The notes under the pieces are model-generated. The model had not been told where the DNA came from. It ran no database searches and was given only the letters and a program-made list of their open reading frames with translations. Below are positions 1-8,554 of a DNA stretch of 62,642 nt, in pieces. The stretch covers positions 946-63,587 of the forward strand of contig CAZRQU010000004.1 in assembly GCA_964602485.1 (NCBI GenBank), written 5' to 3'. Both the position numbers and the translations under genes were made by a program. The stretch is from an uncultured Gammaproteobacteria bacterium (GTDB lineage: Bacteria > Patescibacteriota > Patescibacteriia > Patescibacteriales > WJLG01). Every line of letters starts with the position of its first letter. Position 1 is the first letter of the stretch.

Positions 1-8
1 GGAGGGAT

Positions 9-662
9 ATGGTAAAAATATTAGATCTGCCCAAGCACGAGCGTCCACGTGAGAAGCTTGTAGAGTTGGGTGCAAGCAATTTAAAAGACAAAGAGCTCTT
101 GGCGATACTTTTAAGAACCGGGCACGAGAAGAAGAATGCCATAGAATTAGCTGATGAAGTGCTTAAAAAGCACGAAATGAGAAAGTTCTTGAGTTTCGGA
201 GTAGAAGATTTTTTGAAAGTAAAAGGCATAGATCAGGGCAAAGCCTGCACGCTGGTGGCCAGTTTTGAGTTGGTAAAAAGAGCTTTAGAAGTGGAAGACA
301 ATAATTTACCGGTAATAATGACCGCCCGCGATGCCGTGAACCATTTACAAGAACTTAGAACCGCCAAAAAAGAACATTTTGTTGCCCTGTACTTGAACGC
401 CAGAAACCAGCTCATCCATAAAGAAACAATATCAATAGGCACATTGAACGCCAGTTTGGTTCATCCAAGAGAAGTATTTAAACCAGCTATAGAGCACCTA
501 GCTGTAAGTATAATAGTGGCCCATAATCATCCGAGCGGGAACTTGGAGGCAAGTGAAGATGATAGGCAGATGACAGATAGGTTAAAAAAAGCAGGAGAGA
601 CTTTAGGAATAAATATTTTAGACTCTTTAATTATTAGTGAACAAGGATATAAGCTAATTTAG
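9..662 (+). CDS. radC: RadC-like JAB/MPN-domain protein (UPF0758)
   Basis: 217-aa ORF. N-terminal ERPREKL..ELLAILLRTG segment and C-terminal JAB signature VAHNHPSG, as in RadC/YicR proteins. Confidence 0.85.
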   Translation: MVKILDLPKHERPREKLVELGASNLKDKELLAILLRTGHEKKNAIELADEVLKKHEMRKFLSFGVEDFLKVKGIDQGKACTLVASFELVKRALEVEDNNLPVIMTARDAVNHLQELRTAKKEHFVALYLNARNQLIHKETISIGTLNASLVHPREVFKPAIEHLAVSIIVAHNHPSGNLEASEDDRQMTDRLKKAGETLGINILDSLIISEQGYKLI

Positions 663-967
663 CTTATTCTTGATTTTGTAAGTTTGTATAGATTGATGAG
701 CTCAAATGATACAAAACAGGGTAGTTTGTATAATTTAAGAAAAATAATGACAAGATGTTTCAGTTAAAAACTGCTTATTTTAAATAAAAAATAGAGTCTA
801 TGTTTTCAGTGTAAAGTAGACTTGACACTGAAGAATAAATTAGTATAAAATAAATATTGCTAAAATTAGTAAAAAAAGTATCTATACTTTTATCCCCAGC
901 TATTAGGGTTGACTTTTTATATAAATAGGTGTAGTATTGTTGGTAGATTAAATTTATCAGCAAGACA

Positions 968-1543
968 ATGATTAAACTCCTAAAAGAACTAGCAAGCATC
1001 ATCAGCGGTTTTTCTTTGAAGCTGGCTTCAGACGGAACCGACTCAAAAAATATTATAGTTCAGGCTAGAGATATATCCGGTAATTTATATATTGATAAAA
1101 ATACATGTAAAGTAACTAATTTGGATAAAATACCGGAGAGGGCCATTTTGGAAGAGAATGATGTTGTGATAGCGGAAAGAGGTACATTAAATGCCGGCGT
1201 GGTCGGTCAAGATTTAAAAGGGGCGATAGCCTCTTCTTCTGTATTTATAATCAGACCTAATAAAACAGGTGTAGACCCGGCGTATCTAGCTTCTTATTTC
1301 AACTCTCCTAAGGGTAGAAAATATTTATTGCGCTTAGCTGAAGGTTCTCTGATAAAAAATATTTCAAAAAAACAACTTAGTGAAATACCGATATATGTTC
1401 CGGATCTGGAAACTCAAAAAATAATAGTGGACATGAATACAAATAAACAGAGACAGCTGGAACTATTAGAAAGAAAGAAGCAATTAGTTGGTCAGGTAGT
1501 GGAAAGTGCCATTAAACAAATACTTGATAATAAAAATAATTAA
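968..1543 (+). CDS. hsdS: Type I restriction-modification specificity subunit, half-size (single TRD)
   Basis: 191-aa ORF directly 5' of hsdM. One target-recognition domain plus the conserved helical spacer (PDLETQKIIVDMNTNKQRQLELLERKKQL). About half the length of the canonical HsdS at 7258-8394. Confidence 0.7.
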   Translation: MIKLLKELASIISGFSLKLASDGTDSKNIIVQARDISGNLYIDKNTCKVTNLDKIPERAILEENDVVIAERGTLNAGVVGQDLKGAIASSSVFIIRPNKTGVDPAYLASYFNSPKGRKYLLRLAEGSLIKNISKKQLSEIPIYVPDLETQKIIVDMNTNKQRQLELLERKKQLVGQVVESAIKQILDNKNN

Positions 1544-1547
1544 ATAT

Positions 1548-3065
1548 ATGACCGATAAAAAAATAACTCAAGAAGACCTCAATAAAACCTTGTGGGCTGG
1601 AGCGGATTCCTCTAGGGGCACGGTGGAAGCAAGCACTTTCAAAAATTATGTGCTGGCCATGCTTTTCTATAAATATTTAAGTGATGTTTCGGACGCCAAA
1701 ATTGAGCAATACAAGAAAAGGTTTGGTGATGATAAAGAGAGAATAAAAGATAAAATGAAAATGGATCGCTTTTATATCCCGGAAGAAGCTTCATTCAATT
1801 CTCTTTATAACAAAATCAGTGAAGATAATATTGGTGAAATACTCAACACAGCTTTTCATAAAATAGAAGACAATAACAAAGAAAAGCTGGCAGGGGTGCT
1901 TACTCGCTGGGATTTTAATAGTGAACATATCCTTGGAAAGATGGAGCAGAGGAATAAGATGATCCGCAATCTTTTTCAAGATTTTCATAAAATCAATTTG
2001 GCTGAAGTGGATGATGATATTATCGGCAATTCTTACATGTATATGATTGAACGCTTCGGTTCTGCTGCCGGCAAGAAAGCCGGAGAGTTCTTCACGCCTC
2101 GCTATGTTTCCAGGCTACTGGCCAAATTGGCTCAACCAAAACCGGGCGATAGAATATGCGATCCGGCCTGCGGTTCTGGTGGTTTGCTCCTTTTGGAAGG
2201 TAAAGAAGTAGAGAATAAAGGTTCAGATGATTACGCGCTTTATGGCCAGGAATCGGTCGGTGATACTTATCAATTGGCCAGAATGAATATGTTTCTGCAT
2301 GGCAAGGATTCGGCGAGAATTGAATGGGGCGACACTTTAAATGATCCCTTACTTTTGGAAGATGACAAGTTGATGAAATTTGATTTGGTAATTGCTAATC
2401 CGCCCTTTTCACTTAAGAAATGGGGAGCGGAAAATGCGGAAAAAGATAAATACAATCGTTTTCACAGAGGCATACCGCCAAAAGACAAAGGTGACTTTGC
2501 CTTTGTTTCCCATATGGTGGAAACTGCCAAGCCGAAATCAGGCCGAGTGGCAGTTATAGTTCCCCATGGTGTTCTATTCCGCGGAGGCGTGGAAGGCAAG
2601 ATTCGTCAAGCAATGTTGGAGGAGAATATAATTGATGCGGTTATCGGTTTGCCGGCCGGGCTTTTTCAGACAACCGGCATACCGGTCGCTATTTTGATAA
2701 TAGATAGATCCAGAGAAAAAGGCGGTGCTAATGAGAATAAGAAAGATATTCTATTTATTGAGGCATCAAAAGAATTCGTGCCTGGCAAAGCACAGAATAG
2801 CCTAAGCGAGGAGAATATAGATAAAATCTATAATACTTATGCCAAGAGAAAAGAAGTAGATAAATTTTCTAGAAAAGTGTTACCTGATGAAATAAAAGAA
2901 AATGACTATAATTTAAATATCACTCGCTATGTAGATACTTTTGAGGAAGAGGAAGAGATAGATATTCAGGCTAATCTAAAAGAGCTGGAAAAGATAAATC
3001 CGGAGTTGGAAAAATTAGAAAAAGAAATGGATGGATATTTAAAAAAATTGGGAATAAAAAAGTAA
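1548..3065 (+). CDS. hsdM: Type I R-M N6-adenine DNA methyltransferase subunit M
   Basis: Motifs GEFFTPRYV, DPACGSGGLL (motif I) and VIANPPFSLKKW (NPPF, motif IV). Start placed at ATG 1548 (MTDKKITQEDLNKTLW) instead of track start 1506, which overlaps the upstream S gene. Confidence 0.9.
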   Translation: MTDKKITQEDLNKTLWAGADSSRGTVEASTFKNYVLAMLFYKYLSDVSDAKIEQYKKRFGDDKERIKDKMKMDRFYIPEEASFNSLYNKISEDNIGEILNTAFHKIEDNNKEKLAGVLTRWDFNSEHILGKMEQRNKMIRNLFQDFHKINLAEVDDDIIGNSYMYMIERFGSAAGKKAGEFFTPRYVSRLLAKLAQPKPGDRICDPACGSGGLLLLEGKEVENKGSDDYALYGQESVGDTYQLARMNMFLHGKDSARIEWGDTLNDPLLLEDDKLMKFDLVIANPPFSLKKWGAENAEKDKYNRFHRGIPPKDKGDFAFVSHMVETAKPKSGRVAVIVPHGVLFRGGVEGKIRQAMLEENIIDAVIGLPAGLFQTTGIPVAILIIDRSREKGGANENKKDILFIEASKEFVPGKAQNSLSEENIDKIYNTYAKRKEVDKFSRKVLPDEIKENDYNLNITRYVDTFEEEEEIDIQANLKELEKINPELEKLEKEMDGYLKKLGIKK

Positions 3066-3118
3066 GTTTTTACACATATCCACAGATGTTTCGGTGATAT
3101 CACCAACACATAAAATAT

Positions 3119-3808
3119 ATGCCATTTATATTTATTGATGAAAGTGGACAATTTGCTAAAAATAAAGACGGTGAATATTTCATAGCCGCTAGTTTTACTG
3201 TTGGTGATCCGAAGAGAACTAGAAAAGAATTATTGAAATGGCAAAGAAGTAAATTTCCTAAAAAAATGAGGCATCAGCCGGAAATTAAATTTTCTGATGT
3301 TAATATAGATTTAAAATTACGTTTAAAAACCTTGAAAAAGATTTCAGATTTAGATGTCAGGATTAATTATGTTTACCTGTTAAGAAGAAATATTCCAGGA
3401 GAGTATTGGAAGAACAAGAAATTAAAAAGCGGACACCTATATACCAACATAATTGGAGAAGTGCTAGAGCTGTATTATCCTATATCAAATAAAGAATTTA
3501 GAGTTTTTTGTGATGAAAGACATTTAAAAGGAATAAAAAGAAGTGAGTTTAAGGAAATTTTGAAATCAAGAATTGCTCCAGAAGTTTCTGGTGATACAGC
3601 TATTCAAATAGAGATGGTTGATTCTAAAAAAGATTACAATATACAGATAGCTGATTGGGTGGCGGGTGCTTTTTATGCTTATTATTCAGGGAAAAAAAAC
3701 GGTCAGGAGTATTTTGATATTTTGAAAGGAAATATTATAAACAGTAGAGAGCTTTTTAAAAATCATTGGGAGGATAAATTGGCAAACAAAAAATCCAATC
3801 AGAAATAG
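3119..3808 (+). CDS. DUF3800-family protein
   Basis: Starts MPFIFIDESGQF (DUF3800 D-E-S-G hallmark) and has the C-terminal IQIADWVAGAF motif. A hairpin overlaps its stop (atccaat..attggat, ~3793-3816). Confidence 0.7.
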   Translation: MPFIFIDESGQFAKNKDGEYFIAASFTVGDPKRTRKELLKWQRSKFPKKMRHQPEIKFSDVNIDLKLRLKTLKKISDLDVRINYVYLLRRNIPGEYWKNKKLKSGHLYTNIIGEVLELYYPISNKEFRVFCDERHLKGIKRSEFKEILKSRIAPEVSGDTAIQIEMVDSKKDYNIQIADWVAGAFYAYYSGKKNGQEYFDILKGNIINSRELFKNHWEDKLANKKSNQK

Positions 3809-3992
3809 ATTGGATGCTTTGTTAGAAGTAGCGTCTTATGAGATGGTTTATCCAAAGCTTAAGTCTCGGAAACTCCGAGGGAACACCTAGGCACCTCATA
3901 AACTATTATTGCATACTTCTATAATTAGTATACTGGAGTTATTATAGACTGTCAAGGTACTGACACAGAAGTAAAGGTAGTGATAAAATTAT

Positions 3993-4286
3993 ATGACTGA
4001 AGAAAAATATAAAAATTTTATAGATAGATTTTTAGAGCTTAAAGCAAAAACAGGTTTAGTTGCTAATAATATGCATAGAGGGAAAGAAATAAGACCAAAA
4101 TATATTTCATCTGAAGATATGGAAGAATGCAGGAAAACGGAGGAAGAATTGAAAAGTAGTTTTCAGGAGATGAGCTATGAGCAGTTAAAAAATCTTTTAG
4201 GTGAAAGAGAAATAAGTACTATGCCGGAGTTTGAAAAAGCTTTAGGAGAAAAAAGACAACGAAAAACATATGATGACAACAGATAA
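3993..4286 (+). CDS. Hypothetical small charged protein (97 aa)
   Basis: ORF with no recognised motif. Its 3' end overlaps the next ORF by 17 nt, so it is the first gene of a tightly coupled three-gene unit. Confidence 0.45.
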   Translation: MTEEKYKNFIDRFLELKAKTGLVANNMHRGKEIRPKYISSEDMEECRKTEEELKSSFQEMSYEQLKNLLGEREISTMPEFEKALGEKRQRKTYDDNR

Positions 4287-4743
4287 AATTTTGATCTGGC
4301 AAACAATTTTTACCGGATTAACATTTTTAGCTACCTTGTTGGTTGGTGTTTGGGCTTGGAGAATTGGTCGTAAACAGAATCAGGTTAGTGATTTTGTAGA
4401 AGTATTTGTGATGCCTCAAAGATTAAGCAAAAAAAACGAGGATGGAAAAGAAGAAGTAACTGGTTTTAATTTGTTAATAAAAAATGCTAGTTCCTATCCA
4501 GTGTATATAAATAAATATACCTTAAATGGTGTTAACCATTTAGTTGGCAGTAGTGTTGTCCCTAAAGATTCAAGTAATTGGTATTCTATTGGAGTCCCTA
4601 AAGATGTTCAAGACAAAGGTGAGTTATCGTTGGAGGTTGAGTTTGAGGATTATTTAGGTAAAAAATATACCTCTCAACAGTATGGAGAATTTAGAGGCCA
4701 TAATTGGAATATAAGAGGAGAAAAAAGAAAATTAATAAAATAG
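4270..4743 (+). CDS. Hypothetical single-pass membrane protein (157 aa)
   Basis: N-terminal hydrophobic helix ILIWQTIFTGLTFLATLLVGVWAW followed by a soluble domain. Overlaps the upstream ORF and ends 5 nt before the next. Confidence 0.5.
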   Translation: MMTTDKILIWQTIFTGLTFLATLLVGVWAWRIGRKQNQVSDFVEVFVMPQRLSKKNEDGKEEVTGFNLLIKNASSYPVYINKYTLNGVNHLVGSSVVPKDSSNWYSIGVPKDVQDKGELSLEVEFEDYLGKKYTSQQYGEFRGHNWNIRGEKRKLIK

Positions 4744-4747
4744 GATT

Positions 4748-6409
4748 ATGGTAAAATCTATTGAGGAGAAAAAACATGAATTTACAATTTTTTTATTAAA
4801 TAAGAAGTATAAAAAAATTTCAGATATAGCTGCTATTGTTCCGGTGGGGAGCGTTGATGATTATATTAATGAAGATCAAAAAGCCAAGGCTTATATTTAT
4901 AAAAGTTCTGGTAATGTGCCTGGGTGGATAAGCTCTTTTAAGTCTATATTTAATTTTAATGAAAAATTTTCAAATCTACTTTATGCTTTAATATCTTTTA
5001 TTGAGGTTGATAACAGGGTTTTTGTTTTTACTTCTAGTTTTGGTCATTCAAAGATTTCGAAAAAGTATGTAGTTAATGATTTTGGTCTAAAAGTTGTGTT
5101 AAATGAAATTGATAAAGACTCCTTGCGTTCAATTGATACTAGAAATTTAACTTTAGCCTCTCATCAAAAACGAGAGGTTTCTAGTTCTAATTCAAGTTTA
5201 AATGAATTTGATTTTGATGATGATGAAGATTTTTTAAAATCTATATCAGGAAAATTAAAAAATACAAAATATGCAGCTAAAATATCTGGTAGTGATTCTT
5301 TAAAGATGGTTAAAAGGTTTGACATAACTAATATAAAAGAATTATGTTCAGAGCTTTTAGAATCTTATAATAAATCATATTATATAGATAATGGATTTGG
5401 TTTTATAGATCATTTTAAAAAAGTTTATGACGAAGAAATTAAACAAGACTTTAATAATAAACTTCTAAATGCTATCAACAGTAGGCAAAAAAAACTTGTT
5501 TTAGCTTACCCAGAAATAGAGGAATATAGTTTTTCAAATTATAGAATATCATTTGGTAAGTTTGAGAAATTTTGTGATGACATAGACGCAACTATATTGT
5601 TTAGATTTTTAGATAAAAATAAATTAGAAAAACTTGAAATAGATGATTTGAATAAGATTAATATAGAATTGTTGGACGAGGATGGAAAAATTTTTTATAA
5701 AAAGGGGAACAATAACAAGAAATATAGCCTTTTAAATTATGTAGTGTTTGATTTTAAATATAAGAGTAAAAAATATATATATTTAAACAATCAAATATAT
5801 GAAATAGAAGATAATTATTATAAAAAATTAATTAAAGATTTAGAAGATGCTGAGGAAAGCATAAGTTACGAATTGCCACCAATTAAGCATTGTCGTAAAG
5901 AAGGGGAGAAGGGCTTTAGTTTAATTGTTGAGAATGAAGGATTATATAATAAGCGAGCGGAAAGTGAAAATATTAAGTGTTTAGATAAAAACTTTTTTAA
6001 AGAAAAATATACTGGTAAAGGAGGTAAAATTGAAATAGCTGATTTAGTAACCGATAAAAATGAATTTGTAGCCGTAAAAACATACAAGGGATCATCAACT
6101 TCAATTAGCCATCTTTGTATGCAATTAAACGCGTCAGCAGAATTGTGGGCTAAAAATGAAGATGCTTATAGTAAGGCAATTTATGAGGTTGTTGGAGGTG
6201 ATATGAATCTGGATATAGAGAATAGGAGTAAGGTTAATTTAGTTTTTGCTATAGCTCACAAGAAAAAAGGGAAATTATGTGACCTATTGCCAATTTTAAG
6301 TAAAATATCTTTGAGAAGGTCTATAAAAAATATAAAAAAATTAGGTTTTAATAATGTGTTTATTGTAAAAATAGATTTTGAAGATAGTGAAACAAAAAAC
6401 ATTGAATAA
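4748..6409 (+). CDS. TIGR04141/DUF6119-like sporadically distributed protein (putative PD-(D/E)xK-like C-terminus)
   Basis: 553 aa. N-terminus HEFTIFLLNKKY.., FGHSKI..DFGLKVVLNEIDKDSLRSIDTRN, and C-terminal KIEIADLVT..FVAVKTYKGSSTSISHLCMQLNASAELW. These match my memory of the TIGR04141 family pattern (E-x-x-D-L .. V-K .. S-H-L). Confidence 0.6.
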   Translation: MVKSIEEKKHEFTIFLLNKKYKKISDIAAIVPVGSVDDYINEDQKAKAYIYKSSGNVPGWISSFKSIFNFNEKFSNLLYALISFIEVDNRVFVFTSSFGHSKISKKYVVNDFGLKVVLNEIDKDSLRSIDTRNLTLASHQKREVSSSNSSLNEFDFDDDEDFLKSISGKLKNTKYAAKISGSDSLKMVKRFDITNIKELCSELLESYNKSYYIDNGFGFIDHFKKVYDEEIKQDFNNKLLNAINSRQKKLVLAYPEIEEYSFSNYRISFGKFEKFCDDIDATILFRFLDKNKLEKLEIDDLNKINIELLDEDGKIFYKKGNNNKKYSLLNYVVFDFKYKSKKYIYLNNQIYEIEDNYYKKLIKDLEDAEESISYELPPIKHCRKEGEKGFSLIVENEGLYNKRAESENIKCLDKNFFKEKYTGKGGKIEIADLVTDKNEFVAVKTYKGSSTSISHLCMQLNASAELWAKNEDAYSKAIYEVVGGDMNLDIENRSKVNLVFAIAHKKKGKLCDLLPILSKISLRRSIKNIKKLGFNNVFIVKIDFEDSETKNIE

Positions 6410-6486
6410 TTAATTATTAAAAAAATAATGAAAAATAATTGGAAATTTTTTAATTTAAGCAAGTGAATATTTAATATAATTTAACA

Positions 6487-7251
6487 ATGAATCAGTTTTT
6501 TTCTGAAAATTTAAATAATTTTATAACACCGGCAATATTTATTGCCCTGCTGGTATTTTTAGTTAGATTTTTTGGTAGAGCAGTATCTGATCAAAAACCT
6601 CTTGTTGATGACAGAAAATGGGAAGCAGATGTTCAAGGAGTATTTTTTATTGTTAATAAAATATTTATACCAGCTCTTGTAGTAATGATGTATGTTCAAA
6701 AGAAGGAATATTTTTGGCCATTAAATAACTTCTGGAATAATTTAATTAACTTCAATAATCCATTTGTTATCCAGGATCTTTATTTGTTTATATTCTTTGC
6801 AATTTATTTTATTATTTTTACAATTTTTTCTTTTAGACTATGGTCATTTGCTGAAATGAAGACAAAAAAGGACTCAAAAAAAATCTGGAAGGAAATAGAT
6901 TGGAAACAATTCTACAAAGAAGCTGCCATTAAATTTTTTATTAGACTGATACCAATTGCTATTATCGCTTTTTTGTATGTTGTTTATTTAACTAAAGATT
7001 GGATTTATTTTACTTATTCTCTGTTATTGGCGTTTGTTTCCTTTTTCGGCTTAGCTGCCGTGGAGTCTTTAACAAAAAAGAATATTGTTAAAGTAAATAT
7101 CTATTTTATTGATAAAAAGAATTCCCCAGTAAAAAGCTGTCGGGTTGTTCGGGAAAACAGTGATAATATTAGAATCCTTAAAAATAATAAGAGCTTGATT
7201 ATAAATAAATCTCAAATATTAAAGATTGAAAAGATTTTAGGTCGGAAATAA
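6487..7251 (+). CDS. Hypothetical multi-pass membrane protein (254 aa)
   Basis: At least 5 hydrophobic helices and a small C-terminal soluble tail. Ends 7 nt before the full-length hsdS. Confidence 0.5.
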   Translation: MNQFFSENLNNFITPAIFIALLVFLVRFFGRAVSDQKPLVDDRKWEADVQGVFFIVNKIFIPALVVMMYVQKKEYFWPLNNFWNNLINFNNPFVIQDLYLFIFFAIYFIIFTIFSFRLWSFAEMKTKKDSKKIWKEIDWKQFYKEAAIKFFIRLIPIAIIAFLYVVYLTKDWIYFTYSLLLAFVSFFGLAAVESLTKKNIVKVNIYFIDKKNSPVKSCRVVRENSDNIRILKNNKSLIINKSQILKIEKILGRK

Positions 7252-7257
7252 AATAAT

Positions 7258-8394
7258 ATGAAAAATAATTGGCAAGAAGTAAAAATTAAGGATGTGGCTG
7301 AAATTATTTCTGGTGGAACTCCCGATACTACTATTGATGAATTTTGGGGAGGTGATATCAATTGGATAACTCCAACCGAAATTACCAAAATAAAAGGGAA
7401 GTTTATTGTTGGTGATACGGGAAGAAAAATTACAGAGAAAGGCTTAAAAAATAGTTCAGCTACTTTGATTCCAAAAAATTCTTTAATTTTATGTTCGAGA
7501 GCTACCGTTGGTGATTGCGCTATTAATATTGGGCCAATCACCACTAATCAGGGGTTTAAAAACTTAATACCAAATGAAAAAATATTGATTCAGTTTTTGT
7601 ATTATAAAATTTTGTTAAGCAAAAATTATTTAAAAAGAATTAGTTCTGGAAGTACTTTTTTAGAATTTTCAAAAAAAGATATTGGAAAACTAAAAATAGA
7701 TCTTCCGCCGATTGAGGAGCAGGGGAGGATTGTGAGGGTTTTGGAATGTTGGGATGAATATCTGGAAAAGCTGGATAAGAAAATTGAGATCAAGAAAAAT
7801 ATTAAAAAAGGCTTAATGCAACAATTGCTTACAGGCAAAAAACGCTTGACTGGATTTAGTGGTGAATGGCAAAAATTAATGCTTGGAGAAGCTTGTAAAT
7901 TGTACCAACCAAAAACAATATCGTCTGATGAGATTACAAGAAGCGGAAAATATTTAGTCTTTGGAGCTAATGGTGTAATTGGATTTTATGATAAATATAA
8001 TCATGAAGAATCTGAAATATTGATAACTTGCAGAGGTGCTACATGTGGTAATATTAATTTTTCACAACCAAAAAGTTGGGTTACCGGAAATGCTATGGTT
8101 TGTAGACCGAGCGTTAATAATGATAAGTTTTTCTTTTTATATTTATTAAATTTTATAAATTTAAAAATTGTAATATCAGGGCTAGCACAACCACAAATAA
8201 CGAGAAAAGATTTATATCCGCTAAAAATTATTGTTCCTAAATTAAAAGAACAAAAAGTTATTGCTGAAATCCTTATGAAAGCTGATGAAGAAATTGAAGC
8301 CCTGGAAAAGAAGAAAGAAATTATAGAATCTCAAAAGAAATTTTTATTGAATAATTTAGTAACCGGAAAAATTTTAACACCCGAAAAAATGTAG
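7258..8394 (+). CDS. hsdS: Type I R-M specificity subunit (two TRDs)
   Basis: 378 aa. MKNNWQEVKIKDVAEIISGGTP..FWGGDINWITPTEI. Two TRDs separated by the conserved helices LPPIEEQGRIVRVLE.. and VPKLKEQKVIAEIL... Confidence 0.9.
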   Translation: MKNNWQEVKIKDVAEIISGGTPDTTIDEFWGGDINWITPTEITKIKGKFIVGDTGRKITEKGLKNSSATLIPKNSLILCSRATVGDCAINIGPITTNQGFKNLIPNEKILIQFLYYKILLSKNYLKRISSGSTFLEFSKKDIGKLKIDLPPIEEQGRIVRVLECWDEYLEKLDKKIEIKKNIKKGLMQQLLTGKKRLTGFSGEWQKLMLGEACKLYQPKTISSDEITRSGKYLVFGANGVIGFYDKYNHEESEILITCRGATCGNINFSQPKSWVTGNAMVCRPSVNNDKFFFLYLLNFINLKIVISGLAQPQITRKDLYPLKIIVPKLKEQKVIAEILMKADEEIEALEKKKEIIESQKKFLLNNLVTGKILTPEKM

Positions 8395-8474
8395 TAATTT
8401 TGGATTAAAGCGAGAGGTGTTAGAGTTTAAATAATATTATTGGACGTTAAGTTTGATAAGCGATAACACACCCC

Positions 8475-8502
8475 GGCCTTCGGCCACCCCTCTCAAGAGG
8501 GG
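8475..8502. repeat. Two adjacent short GC-rich hairpins (ggcc-ttc-ggcc; cccctc-tcaa-gagggg)
   Basis: GC-rich palindromes in otherwise AT-rich hsdS-hsdR spacer. They are what the track's N-terminal extension of hsdR translates (PRPSATPLKRG). Confidence 0.6.
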
Positions 8503-8554
8503 AATAAAATATAATTTGCAAATTGAAGTTTGCGAGTTTAAAAGATTGAATATT

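Noticed and set aside
1506-1547. Track start of hsdM
   Set aside because: It overlaps the end of the upstream hsdS by 38 nt. ATG 1548 gives a typical HsdM N-terminus. The choice is not certain.
8453-8554. N-terminal extension of hsdR in the ORF track (MISDNTPRPSATPLKRG..)
   Set aside because: It translates GC-rich palindromic intergenic elements. ATG 8555 gives the canonical HsdR N-terminus.
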